Assembly (NCBI GenBank): GCA_947632325.1
Contig: CANROU010000004.1
Location: 16,307-80,306 of the forward strand
Direction of reading: 5' to 3'
Origin: an uncultured Bacilli bacterium
Lineage (GTDB): Bacteria; Bacillota_I; Bacilli_A; RF39; UBA660
DNA: 64,000 nucleotides
Of the stretch, positions 8,921 to 18,019 are shown piece by piece (the first letter of the stretch is position 1; each line of letters opens with the position of its first letter). The translations under genes were made by a program, and so were the position numbers. Under the pieces are notes generated by a model. The model was not told the origin of the DNA. It did not search any database and was given only the letters and a program-made list of their open reading frames with translations.

Positions 8921-9373
8921 ATGAATAAAATTACTATTTTTAATGAGACAACTGAACCATTACAAAGCCTGTTATCTACTGTTAAACATATACTAAAATA
9001 TGCTAGTAAAAAAGAAAAATTAAAAAATATTGAATTTAGTGTTATAATAGTAGATGATGATATCATTCAAAAATTAAATCGGGATTATCGAAAAATAAAT
9101 AAAGTTACTGATGTAATTACTTTTGCATTAGAAGATGAGAATAGTTTCCCAATTGATTCCTCTAGAAGATTATTAGGTGATATTTATATTTCTATTGATA
9201 AAGCCAAACAACAAGCTGAAGAATACAAACATTCTCTTAAAAGAGAGTTGTGTTTTTTAAGTATTCATGGTTTTTATCATTTGTTAGGATATGATCATCA
9301 AAATAAAGAAGATGAGGAAATAATGTTTTCAAAACAAGAGGAGGTATTAAGTAAATATGGCATTCAAAGGTAG
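8921..9373 (+). CDS. ybeY: rRNA maturation endoribonuclease YbeY
   Basis: Metal-binding motif HGFYHLLGYDH. Size and synteny fit. Confidence 0.92.
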   Translation: MNKITIFNETTEPLQSLLSTVKHILKYASKKEKLKNIEFSVIIVDDDIIQKLNRDYRKINKVTDVITFALEDENSFPIDSSRRLLGDIYISIDKAKQQAEEYKHSLKRELCFLSIHGFYHLLGYDHQNKEDEEIMFSKQEEVLSKYGIQR

Positions 9374-9764
9374 AAAAAAACGCTTGGGATTTAGACGTTT
9401 TATTGATAGTTTTGGTTATTCAATCGAAGGATTAAAATATGCTTATTTAAACGAACAAAGTATGATAATACATGGAGTAATCACTATATTAGTTATTATC
9501 TTTGGTATTATTTTTAAAATTAGTACTATGGAATGGTTATTTTGTGTTAGTATGTTCGGTTTTGTCATGGGAGCAGAATTGTTAAATACAGCTATTGAAG
9601 CGGTCGTGGACATGGTCATGCCAGATATTCATCCTCTAGCTAAGATAGCTAAGGATACAGCTAGTGCCGCAGTGTTTATTTTATCGGTAGTTGCCTTTAT
9701 TGTGGGAGCTATAATCTTTTTCCCACGCTTTTATGCTTTCTTTATATCCCTTATTGGAGGATAA
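9357..9764 (+). CDS. dgkA: Diacylglycerol/undecaprenol kinase (DgkA family)
   Basis: Three-TM small kinase pattern (SFGYSIEGLKYA..., ELLNTAIEAVVD). Located between ybeY and era. Confidence 0.88.
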   Translation: MAFKGRKKRLGFRRFIDSFGYSIEGLKYAYLNEQSMIIHGVITILVIIFGIIFKISTMEWLFCVSMFGFVMGAELLNTAIEAVVDMVMPDIHPLAKIAKDTASAAVFILSVVAFIVGAIIFFPRFYAFFISLIGG

Positions 9765-9766
9765 AA

Positions 9767-10666
9767 ATGACAAAGAAAAAATGTGGCATTGTTAGTATTG
9801 TTGGTCGTCCTAATGTTGGTAAAAGTACTTTACTAAATACTATTTTAAATACTAAATTAGTTATCACATCTAATGTTAGTGGTACAACTAGAAATGTAAT
9901 ACAAGGAATTTATCATGATAGTGATTCCCAAATTGTTTTTGTGGATACTCCAGGTATTCATAAACCCGTTAATAAACTAGGTAATTTATTGAATAAAAAA
10001 GCTTATCAAAATATTTTAGGCGTAGATATCATTTTATTTTTAATTGATGCTTATCAAGGCTTTGGTAAAGGTGATAATTATATTTTAAATCATCTAAAAG
10101 ATCAAAATATTCCTATTTTTCTTTTATTAAATAAAATAGATGAAATAAAAGATAAAACTCAAATATTAACCATTATTAATGATTTAAAAGATCTTTATCC
10201 TTTTGCGGAAATAATTCCTTTATCAGCTCTAAAACAAGATAATATTAAAGATTTATTAGAAAGTATTAAAAAATATCTAAAAGATGGTGAACCATTTTAT
10301 CAAGATGATGAATTAACTAATGTATCTGTTCGTTTTATGATTTCTGAATTAGTTAGAGAAAAAATATTAAAATTAACTAAAGATGAAATACCACACACAG
10401 TAACTTGTATAGTAGAAAATTATGAAGAAGAAGATAATATAGTTAATATTCAAGTTTTAATTGTTGTAGATAGAGACAATATTAAAAAAATTATTATTGG
10501 TAAGAAAGGACAACTTTTAAAAACGATTGGCATTGAAGCTAGACGAGATATTGAACAATTATTACATAAAAAAGTTTATTTAACCACACATGTTAAAACA
10601 ATTAAAAATTGGCGTAATAAAGAAAGATATTTACTAGAACTTGGTTTAAAAGAAATTGATGAATAA
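9767..10666 (+). CDS. era: GTPase Era
   Basis: G1 GRPNVGKST, G3 DTPG, G4 NKID, and a C-terminal KH domain. Confidence 0.95.
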   Translation: MTKKKCGIVSIVGRPNVGKSTLLNTILNTKLVITSNVSGTTRNVIQGIYHDSDSQIVFVDTPGIHKPVNKLGNLLNKKAYQNILGVDIILFLIDAYQGFGKGDNYILNHLKDQNIPIFLLLNKIDEIKDKTQILTIINDLKDLYPFAEIIPLSALKQDNIKDLLESIKKYLKDGEPFYQDDELTNVSVRFMISELVREKILKLTKDEIPHTVTCIVENYEEEDNIVNIQVLIVVDRDNIKKIIIGKKGQLLKTIGIEARRDIEQLLHKKVYLTTHVKTIKNWRNKERYLLELGLKEIDE

Positions 10667-10707
10667 AAAGACCATTTTATTTTCACTATATTAATAGAGG
10701 TGAAAAT

Positions 10708-10794
10708 ATGGATGATATTTTATGGAAATTATTTAAAGAAACTGGTGATATTAAATATTATTTACTAAGACAAAGCATTAAAGAAAAGAAGTGA
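10708..10794 (+). CDS. yqzL: YqzL-like small protein (28 aa; below the ORF-track cut-off)
   Basis: My translation is MDDILWKLFKETGDIKYYLLRQSIKEKK, with AGAGGTGA RBS. It sits between era and recO, exactly where yqzL lies in Bacillus, and shows the family pattern W-K-x-F-x-x-T-G-x-I-x-x-Y-L-L. Confidence 0.75.
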   Translation: MDDILWKLFKETGDIKYYLLRQSIKEKK

Positions 10795-10797
10795 CAT

Positions 10798-11544
10798 ATG
10801 AAAATAGAATGTGTAGAAGGTATTGTATTAAATGAAATGAACTATAGTGAATCAAGTAAAATCTTACGTATCTTAACTAAGGAGCATGGCAAAATTGGTG
10901 TTTTATCCAAAGGTTGTCGCTCCCTTAAAAGTAAATTACGGGGAGTAAGTGGAAAGCTTGTCTATGGTTCTTTTTATATTTATTATAAAGAAAATGGCTT
11001 ATCAACTCTAATTAGTGTGGATGTTAAAAATAGTTTTATAAATCTTCGTAGTGATTTAACTAAAATAAGTTACGCTGCTTATTTATGTGAATTAGTTGAT
11101 CAAGTATCAAATCAAACTAGTGATGGTAGCATTTATGATGTTTTTTCTAATGCCTTAATCAAGATGGAAGAAAATTTTTCTCCTCGTATTTTAACCAATA
11201 TAGTAGAACTTAAAATGTTAGATTATTTAGGCGTTAAACCAATGCTAGATGGTTGTGCCTATTGCGGAAATACAAAAAAAATTATTACTCTAAGTAGTAG
11301 TGCTGGTGGTTTTGTTTGTCAAAACTGTTATAGCAACGAAAAAATAGTTAATAGTGATGTTATTTCCTTTTTAAGAATGTTTTACTATGTTGATATAGCT
11401 AAAATCAGTAAATTATCAATTAAAGATGATATAATGCGCATTATAGATGAATTTATAGATGAATATTACGAAAGATATACTGGACTATATTTAAAAAGCA
11501 AAAAATTCTTACATAATCTTAATAAAATAACACCAAAAAATTGA
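10798..11544 (+). CDS. recO: DNA repair protein RecO
   Basis: OB-fold N-terminus, zinc-finger cysteines CAYCGN...CQNC, and synteny after era. Confidence 0.9.
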   Translation: MKIECVEGIVLNEMNYSESSKILRILTKEHGKIGVLSKGCRSLKSKLRGVSGKLVYGSFYIYYKENGLSTLISVDVKNSFINLRSDLTKISYAAYLCELVDQVSNQTSDGSIYDVFSNALIKMEENFSPRILTNIVELKMLDYLGVKPMLDGCAYCGNTKKIITLSSSAGGFVCQNCYSNEKIVNSDVISFLRMFYYVDIAKISKLSIKDDIMRIIDEFIDEYYERYTGLYLKSKKFLHNLNKITPKN

Positions 11545-11593
11545 CGAATAGGGCATAATTGATTACAATAACAGTAGCGAAAGGAGTCTAATT

Positions 11594-12148
11594 ATGAAAC
11601 TATTTATTGGTTGTTCTAGCAGTGATGAGTGTGATGAAGATATAAATTTAGATATTATGAATGTGGCTGTTTCTCTTGCGAAAATAGATGTTGATTATGA
11701 TTTGATTATCGGTGGTGTCAAAGGTGGCATCATGGGGGAAATTAGAAATATATTTCAAAAGTATCAAAAAAGAATAATGACGATTGTTTCTACTAAATAT
11801 CAAGAAGAAGCTGAAATGATGCCTAGCGAAATTACTATGGTTTGCGAAAATACTTTTGAAAAAACAAAATCTATTTTTTGGCATAGTGATGTTTTTTTAA
11901 TTTTACCTGGTGGTATTGGGACTATAATGGAATTTTTAAGTATATTAGAAGAAAAACGTACTTGTAATTCGTCTAAACCAATTATTTTGTTTAATTATAA
12001 TCACTATTATGATGAATTTATAAATTGGTTAAATAATTTAGAAGAACAGGGATTTATAAACAATAAAGATATAAAGCAATTTAAAGTAATTAGTAAAAGT
12101 ACTACTTTGCTTGATTATATTACCAAAGAACTAAAAGTGGAGGTTTAA
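11594..12148 (+). CDS. LOG family (TIGR00730) nucleotide phosphoribohydrolase-like protein
   Basis: Motifs GGVKGGIMGE and PGGIGTIMEF (PGGxGTxxE). Confidence 0.8.
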   Translation: MKLFIGCSSSDECDEDINLDIMNVAVSLAKIDVDYDLIIGGVKGGIMGEIRNIFQKYQKRIMTIVSTKYQEEAEMMPSEITMVCENTFEKTKSIFWHSDVFLILPGGIGTIMEFLSILEEKRTCNSSKPIILFNYNHYYDEFINWLNNLEEQGFINNKDIKQFKVISKSTTLLDYITKELKVEV

Positions 12149-12152
12149 TATT

Positions 12153-13523
12153 ATGGGAAATTTAACAATGGAAAAACTAGTCAATTATTGTAAGCAATAT
12201 GGTTTTATCTTTCAAGGAAGCGAAATTTATGGAGGTCTTGCTAATACATGGGATTATGGTCCTTTAGGAGCCCGTATTAAAAACAATGTCAAAGATGCTT
12301 GGAGGAAGCGTTTTATTGTTGAAAGAGAAAATGCTTTTGAAGTTGATGCTGCTATTTTAATGCATCCAAAAGTTTGGGAAGCATCAGGCCATGTTCAAAG
12401 TTTTTCAGATCCCCTTATCGATTGTAAACATTGTAAAAAAAGATATAGAGCAGACAACTTAATCGATGATTTTGATCCTACAGCTAAAGCTGATGGTATG
12501 AGTCAAGAAGAAATGCTTTCCTATATCAGTGAACATAGGGTTCCATGTCCTAATTGTAACGCTAGCGATTTTACAGATATTAGACAATTTAATTTGATGT
12601 TTGAAACCCATCGAGGTGTTACTGAAGATGCTAAAAGCAAAATTTATTTGCGACCTGAAAATGCTCAAGGTGAGTATGTTAATTTTTTGAATGTTCAACG
12701 ATCAATGCGATCTAAATTACCTTTTAGTATCGGGCAAATTGGTAAAGCCTTCCGTAATGAGATTACACCAGGAAATTTTACCTTTAGAACTATTGAATTT
12801 GAACAAATGGAGTATCAAACTTTTTGTAAGGAAGGTATGGATAGTGAGCTATATGCGTATTTTAAAGAATATGCTAGACAATTTTTTATAGATATAGGAC
12901 TTAAGGAAGAAAAACTACGTTATCATGATCATGAAAAACTAGCTCATTATGCCAAAGAAGCTTGCGATATTGAATATCAATTTAACTTTGGTTGGGGTGA
13001 AATTAACGGAACACACAATAGAACTAATTACGATTTATCTCGTCATCAAGAATATTCTAAAGAAAGTCAAATGTATCAAGATCCCGAAACCAATGAAAAA
13101 TATATTCCTTATATTATTGAGTCAACTGTTGGATGTGATCGCTTGGTTTTAGCGTTACTTGACCAATGTTATAGTGAAGAGACTTTAGAAAATGGTGAAA
13201 CACGTGAAGTAATGCATTTTCATCCGTTCCTTGCTCCTTATAAAGTAGCTGTTTTACCATTGATTAAAAAATATCATAGTACTAAAGCCCATGAAATTTA
13301 TAAAATATTAACCAAAGCTTTCCCAGTTAGTTATGATGAAGCAGGAAGCATTGGTAAAAGATATCGTAGACAAGATGCCATTGGAACACCGTTCTGTGTT
13401 ACTATTGATGATACAACACTAAAAGAAAATAAAGTAACTCTTCGCAATAGAGATACTATGGAACAAATCACTTTATCAATAGATGAAATCATACCCTATG
13501 TTCAAGAAAAAATTCAGCTATAA
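12153..13523 (+). CDS. glyQS: Glycine--tRNA ligase (homodimeric GlyQS type)
   Basis: N-terminus ...YGFIFQGSEIYGGLANTWDYGPLG and class II motifs. GGAGG lies 9 nt upstream of the ATG at 12153. Confidence 0.95.
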   Translation: MGNLTMEKLVNYCKQYGFIFQGSEIYGGLANTWDYGPLGARIKNNVKDAWRKRFIVERENAFEVDAAILMHPKVWEASGHVQSFSDPLIDCKHCKKRYRADNLIDDFDPTAKADGMSQEEMLSYISEHRVPCPNCNASDFTDIRQFNLMFETHRGVTEDAKSKIYLRPENAQGEYVNFLNVQRSMRSKLPFSIGQIGKAFRNEITPGNFTFRTIEFEQMEYQTFCKEGMDSELYAYFKEYARQFFIDIGLKEEKLRYHDHEKLAHYAKEACDIEYQFNFGWGEINGTHNRTNYDLSRHQEYSKESQMYQDPETNEKYIPYIIESTVGCDRLVLALLDQCYSEETLENGETREVMHFHPFLAPYKVAVLPLIKKYHSTKAHEIYKILTKAFPVSYDEAGSIGKRYRRQDAIGTPFCVTIDDTTLKENKVTLRNRDTMEQITLSIDEIIPYVQEKIQL

Positions 13524-13555
13524 ATCAAGTACATATCATAAAAAATAAGAAAATT

Positions 13556-13584
13556 ATTGACAAAATAGGAAATTATTTATATAA
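13556..13584 (+). promoter_or_regulatory. Consensus sigma-A promoter of the infC-rpmI-rplT operon
   Basis: TTGACA (13556-13561), 17-nt spacer, TATAAT (13579-13584). Confidence 0.8.
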
Positions 13585-13589
13585 TCATA

Positions 13590-13719
13590 CATATAAATGA
13601 AAAAGGAAAGCGATGTATCCGCATCCACCTGATTACCGTAGGTGATAGGTAAAAAGCCGATTATACTGATTTTAGTTTAATTATGCTTTACAGTGGATAC
13701 AGATGTATTCACTTTTTTA
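13590..13719 (+). promoter_or_regulatory. L20 leader (ribosomal-protein autoregulatory attenuator) upstream of infC
   Basis: A GC-enriched ~130-nt 5' UTR between the promoter and infC. It ends in the hairpin AGTGGATAC/GTATTCACT plus a T-run (13692-13718). This is the position of the L20 leader in Firmicutes. Confidence 0.65.
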
Positions 13720-13734
13720 TATTTGGAGGTGCTA

Positions 13735-14268
13735 ATTATCGCTAATAAGGGTAAGACAATGTTAATCAACGAAGAAATAAAAGCAAAGGAAGTTTTAGTA
13801 ATAGGTCCAACAGGTGAGCAAGTAGGCGTAAGAACCATTCAGGATGCTTTAACTTTATCAAGCTATGCTGGCTTAGATTTAGTTTTGATTAATCCTAATG
13901 GAACTCCACCAGTTTGTAAAGTAATGGATTATAACAAATTTCGTTATGAAAAAGCTAAAAAAGAAAAGGAACAGTTGAAAAAGCAGAGGGCTAATATGGC
14001 TGAATTAAAAGAATTTCGACTATCTCCTGTTATCGATGTTGGTGATTTTGAAACGAAATTACGTAATGTAATCAAGTACTTACAAAAAGGTGATAAGATA
14101 AAATTATCTATACGTTTTAAAGGTCGCCAAATGGCTCATACTGATTTAGGACGTGATGTTTTAATTCGCTTTGCCTCTCGTTTAAGTGATTATGCTGAAA
14201 TCGAACAACAACCCAAGCTTGATGGTAGAGTTATGATTATGTTGTTAACACCAAAAAAAGAAAAATAA
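13735..14268 (+). CDS. infC: Translation initiation factor IF-3, probably with an ATT start
   Basis: LINEEIKAKEVLVIGPTGEQ matches the IF-3 N-domain. GGAGGTG (13725-13731) is followed by an in-frame ATT at 13735, the conserved unusual infC start. The GTG at 13693 in the track lies inside the attenuator hairpin. The ATG at 13759 is an alternative start. Confidence 0.85.
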   Translation: MIANKGKTMLINEEIKAKEVLVIGPTGEQVGVRTIQDALTLSSYAGLDLVLINPNGTPPVCKVMDYNKFRYEKAKKEKEQLKKQRANMAELKEFRLSPVIDVGDFETKLRNVIKYLQKGDKIKLSIRFKGRQMAHTDLGRDVLIRFASRLSDYAEIEQQPKLDGRVMIMLLTPKKEK

Positions 14269-14282
14269 AAGGAGGAAATAAT

Positions 14283-14471
14283 ATGCCAAAAATTAAAAGT
14301 CATAAAGGAACTAAAAAAGTGCTTAAAGTTAGAAAAGGTGGTTCTATTAGTATTGGGCGCCCTGGTAGTCGTCATAACACTGGTAGTAAATCAAGCAAAA
14401 TAAATCGTAAGAATCGTAAAGGATCTGCCCTAAGTAGTGCAGATAAAAACCGTTTAAAAAACATTATTTAA
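14283..14471 (+). CDS. rpmI: 50S ribosomal protein L35
   Basis: MPKIKSHKGTKKVLKV... is a typical L35. AAGGAGGA RBS. Confidence 0.93.
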   Translation: MPKIKSHKGTKKVLKVRKGGSISIGRPGSRHNTGSKSSKINRKNRKGSALSSADKNRLKNII

Positions 14472-14492
14472 AAAGGAAGAGGAGGAATAACA

Positions 14493-15068
14493 ATGGCAAG
14501 AGTAAAAAATGGCGCTACAACTAAGGCGCGTCATAAAAAAGTATTGAAAGAAGCAAAAGGATATTTTGGTAGTAAACATCGTTTATATAAAACAGCCAAA
14601 GAACAATTAATGCATTCTGGACAATATGCATACCGTGATCGTAAAAATAAAAAGCGTGATTTTAGAAAATTATGGATAACCCGTATTAATGCTGCATGTA
14701 GAACATGTGGTATCAGCTATTCTAGATTTATGGAAGGACTTCATAAGGCCGGAGTAGATATTAACCGTAAAATGTTAAGTGAAATAGCTATCAATGATAT
14801 GAAAAGTTTTGAAGAACTTGTTAAAGTAGCTAAAGATGGTAAAGAGGGTAAAATTACTAAAGTAGAAATTACTACTAAAGGTGTTAGTGTAAATTCTACT
14901 ACTAAAGATAAAGACACTACAAAAGAGACTAAAGTAGTTGAAGAAAAAAGTGATAATGTCGATTTATCAAAATTAACTGTAGCTAAATTAAAAGAAATGG
15001 CTAAAGAAAAAGGTATTGAAGGTATCTCAACAATGAAAAAAGCAGATTTAATTGCTGCTTTAAAATAA
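14493..15068 (+). CDS. rplT: 50S ribosomal protein L20 with a ~75-aa C-terminal extension ending in a HeH/Rho_N-like domain
   Basis: Residues 1-115 are a canonical L20. A K/E/T-rich linker follows, then [35 protein letters not shown]. Confidence 0.92.
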   Translation: MARVKNGATTKARHKKVLKEAKGYFGSKHRLYKTAKEQLMHSGQYAYRDRKNKKRDFRKLWITRINAACRTCGISYSRFMEGLHKAGVDINRKMLSEIAINDMKSFEELVKVAKDGKEGKITKVEITTKGVSVNSTTKDKDTTKETKVVEEKSDNVDLSKLTVAKLKEMAKEKGIEGISTMKKADLIAALK

Positions 15069-15159
15069 ACATATTCATGAATTTATTTTTCTAGTGCCAA
15101 TATTGGTGAAAAATTTTAGAAATGAATAGAAGATAATAAAACGAAAAGGAGAAAAAGAT

Positions 15160-16119
15160 ATGGCAGTCGTATCAATGAATTATTTATTAGAAGCTGGTGT
15201 TCATTTTGGACATCAAAAAAGAAGATGGAATCCTAAAATGAAGGAATACATCTATACTACTAGAGATGACATTTATATTATTGATTTACAAAAAACTTCC
15301 AAAAAAATCGAGGAAGCTTATGCAGCAATAAAAGAAATTGCTGAAAATGGTGGTAAGTTCTTATTCGTAGGAACTAAAAAACAAGCTCAAGAAGCTGCTG
15401 AAGAAGAAGCTTTAAGAACAGAAATGTATTTTGTTAATGAACGTTGGTTAGGGGGAACTCTTACTAATTTTAAAACAATTCGTTCTAGGGTTAAACGCTT
15501 AGAAGAAATTGAAAAGATGGAACAAGATGGTACATTTGAACTACTTCCTAAAAAAGAAGTAATTCAAATTAAAAAAGAATATGATAAGTTAAATAAATAT
15601 CTACGTGGTATACGTGATATGAAAAAGATTCCTGAAGCAATGATTATCGTTGATCCTCGTAAAGAGGAAATCGCTATTAAGGAAGCCCGTATTTTACATA
15701 TTCCTGTTTTTGGAATAGTAGATACTAATTGTGATCCTGATATGGTAGATTACGTTATTCCAGGTAACGATGATGCTGTTAGATCTGTTAAACTTATTAT
15801 TGGCGTATTAGCTAATGCTATTGCGGAAGTTAACGGTAATGTTATAAATGATTATCTAACAGAAGAAGATAAAGTTAAAAACGATAAAAAGAGCGAAAAA
15901 GAACCTGTTAAAGAAGCAAAAGAAGAAATAATTGCTGAAGTTAGTGAACCAAAGGAAATTGTCAAAGAAGAAGAAAAAGTTGTTGAAGTTCAAAATAAAG
16001 AAGCAGACGTTGATTTAGAGAAACTTACTTTAGTGGAATTAAAAGAAATCGCTAAACAAAGAGGTATTAAAGGTTACTCAAAATTAAAGAAAAATGAATT
16101 AATTGACGCTTTAAAATAA
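15160..16119 (+). CDS. rpsB: 30S ribosomal protein S2 with a ~85-aa C-terminal extension ending in a HeH/Rho_N-like domain
   Basis: Canonical S2 core ([19 protein letters not shown]...). A K/E-rich linker follows, then [35 protein letters not shown]. Confidence 0.93.
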   Translation: MAVVSMNYLLEAGVHFGHQKRRWNPKMKEYIYTTRDDIYIIDLQKTSKKIEEAYAAIKEIAENGGKFLFVGTKKQAQEAAEEEALRTEMYFVNERWLGGTLTNFKTIRSRVKRLEEIEKMEQDGTFELLPKKEVIQIKKEYDKLNKYLRGIRDMKKIPEAMIIVDPRKEEIAIKEARILHIPVFGIVDTNCDPDMVDYVIPGNDDAVRSVKLIIGVLANAIAEVNGNVINDYLTEEDKVKNDKKSEKEPVKEAKEEIIAEVSEPKEIVKEEEKVVEVQNKEADVDLEKLTLVELKEIAKQRGIKGYSKLKKNELIDALK

Positions 16120-16142
16120 AAATAATAGAAAGGATGATGTTG

Positions 16143-17018
16143 ATGTTTAGTGCAAGTGATATTAAAGACTTAAGAGACAAAACAGGGGCTGGGATGTTAG
16201 ATTGTAAAAAAGCTTTACAAGAAACAGCTGGTGATATCGATAAAGCTATTGATTGGTTGAGAGAAAAAGGTATTAGTAAAGCCGCTAAAAAAGAAAGTCG
16301 TATTGCAGCTGAAGGATTATGTTTAACACTTAGTCAAGGAAATAATGCTGTAATGGTCGAAGTAAATTGTGAGACAGACTTTGTAGCTAAAAACGAAGAA
16401 TTCCAAAATTTTGTTAAGATGATTGCTACTGAAATTTTAAAACATGATGAACTTAGTACTAACGATGACGTTTTATCTCTTGTAGTTGATAACGAGAGTA
16501 TTGGTGATAAATTAGTAGCTTTAACTGCCAAAATCGGTGAAAAGTTAAGTTTCCGTCGTTTTGTAAAATTAACAAAAGAAGATAATCAAGTATTTGGTGA
16601 ATATTTACACATGGGTGGTAAAATTGGAACTATCGTTGTTTTAGAAGGTGCTAATACAGAGGTAGCTAAAGATGTAGCTATGCAAACAGCAGCCATGAAT
16701 CCTACTTGCGTATCACGTGAAGATGTACCTCAAGATTTATTAGAACACGAATCAAACATTATTAGAGAACAAGTTATCAATGAAGGTAAACCTGCTGAAA
16801 TAGCTGAAAAAATGGTTGCTGGAAGATTAAATAAATTTTATAAAGAAATTTGTTTGGATGAACAAGTATTTGTTAAGGATTCTAGTTTATCAGTTGGTAA
16901 TTACGTTAAAAATAACGGTGGTAAAATCATTAAAATGGTTCGCTTCGCTGTAGGTGAGGGTATTGAAAAGAAACAAGAAGATTTTGCTAGCGAAGTTATG
17001 AAACAAATTAATGGCTAA
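16143..17018 (+). CDS. tsf: Elongation factor Ts
   Basis: UBA-like N-terminus IKDLRDKTGAGMLDCKKAL. Three in-frame ATGs (16134, 16137, 16143) follow GAAAGGA; 16143 has the best spacing. Confidence 0.92.
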   Translation: MFSASDIKDLRDKTGAGMLDCKKALQETAGDIDKAIDWLREKGISKAAKKESRIAAEGLCLTLSQGNNAVMVEVNCETDFVAKNEEFQNFVKMIATEILKHDELSTNDDVLSLVVDNESIGDKLVALTAKIGEKLSFRRFVKLTKEDNQVFGEYLHMGGKIGTIVVLEGANTEVAKDVAMQTAAMNPTCVSREDVPQDLLEHESNIIREQVINEGKPAEIAEKMVAGRLNKFYKEICLDEQVFVKDSSLSVGNYVKNNGGKIIKMVRFAVGEGIEKKQEDFASEVMKQING

Positions 17019-17043
17019 AAAAGACACATTGTCTTTTTTTTTA
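17017..17043 (+). terminator. Rho-independent terminator after tsf
   Basis: Hairpin AAGACA/TGTCTT with loop CAT, followed by a long T-run. Confidence 0.7.
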
Positions 17044-17092
17044 CTTTGCAAAGCTTTAAAATTATGCTAGAATGATAATAGAGGTGATAAAA

Positions 17093-17983
17093 ATGGGGAA
17101 AGTGGTTAGAAATATAATAACTATATTTTGCTCTATTTTATTTTTCTTTGTATTGTGCTATAACATAATATTTTTTAATATTGAACATCTTAGTTCCAAA
17201 TCCGTCGTTTTAGATTATATTGATGATATGGAAGTAAGTGAAGTGTTAGAAAATATAAATACTATGGATGTTAAAGATTCCATAATGCTCCAAAAAATTA
17301 AAACTATGCGAGATAAAATTTATACAGGAGCTAGTCAAATAAATATACCTAAGCAAGTAGTAGATGAATATTTAGATTTAGACATGCTAAATGATAAATT
17401 AAAAGATATATTTATTAAAGTTAATGATAATGTCGGACAAGAACATATAAATAATGATATTATCACTACAGAAGAATGGGAAAATTTATTATATAACATG
17501 ATAATAGAATTAAAATATGATGAAAATATACATTTAGATGATAATCAACAACATTTATTTTTAGAATTTGTTAAAGATGCTTCTGCTCCTGTTATCGAGG
17601 AATTAAACAATTTTAATTTAGATCATATTGATAACAATGGTTTAATAGAGCTATTTATTAATGTTACTGTCGTAAAGACTATTGGTATATTAAGTATGTT
17701 GTTTTTATTAACTATTATCATAATATTACAAAGAAAACATGGTAAATGGTTGCTTTATGTTGCTGTGCCTTTAGCGCTTGCTACGATTATTCTATTATTG
17801 ACTGTTGGCCTAATTGGTCCAATGTTAAAAGGATTGCTACAAAGTGGTAGTCAATATATATTGATTGAACAGCAATTATCTACGCTTACTCATTCACTGT
17901 TATATAGTGGTATTGCTATGTTAATTGTAACTATAATCTTATTTATCATATATATCTATCATAATAAAAAACAAAAGGCATAA
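17093..17983 (+). CDS. Hypothetical membrane protein (N-terminal TM helix plus a C-terminal cluster of TM helices)
   Basis: The ATG at 17093 follows AGAGGTGA. No family was recognised. It occupies the slot between tsf and frr. Confidence 0.6.
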   Translation: MGKVVRNIITIFCSILFFFVLCYNIIFFNIEHLSSKSVVLDYIDDMEVSEVLENINTMDVKDSIMLQKIKTMRDKIYTGASQINIPKQVVDEYLDLDMLNDKLKDIFIKVNDNVGQEHINNDIITTEEWENLLYNMIIELKYDENIHLDDNQQHLFLEFVKDASAPVIEELNNFNLDHIDNNGLIELFINVTVVKTIGILSMLFLLTIIIILQRKHGKWLLYVAVPLALATIILLLTVGLIGPMLKGLLQSGSQYILIEQQLSTLTHSLLYSGIAMLIVTIILFIIYIYHNKKQKA

Positions 17984-18019
17984 AATAAATATATTAATTA
18001 AAGATAAGGAGATAAAAAT

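Noticed and set aside
13693-13734. GTG start for infC as listed in the ORF track
   Set aside because: The GTG lies inside the leader terminator hairpin (13692-13718), upstream of the GGAGGTG RBS. The ATT at 13735 fits the conserved infC initiation mechanism.
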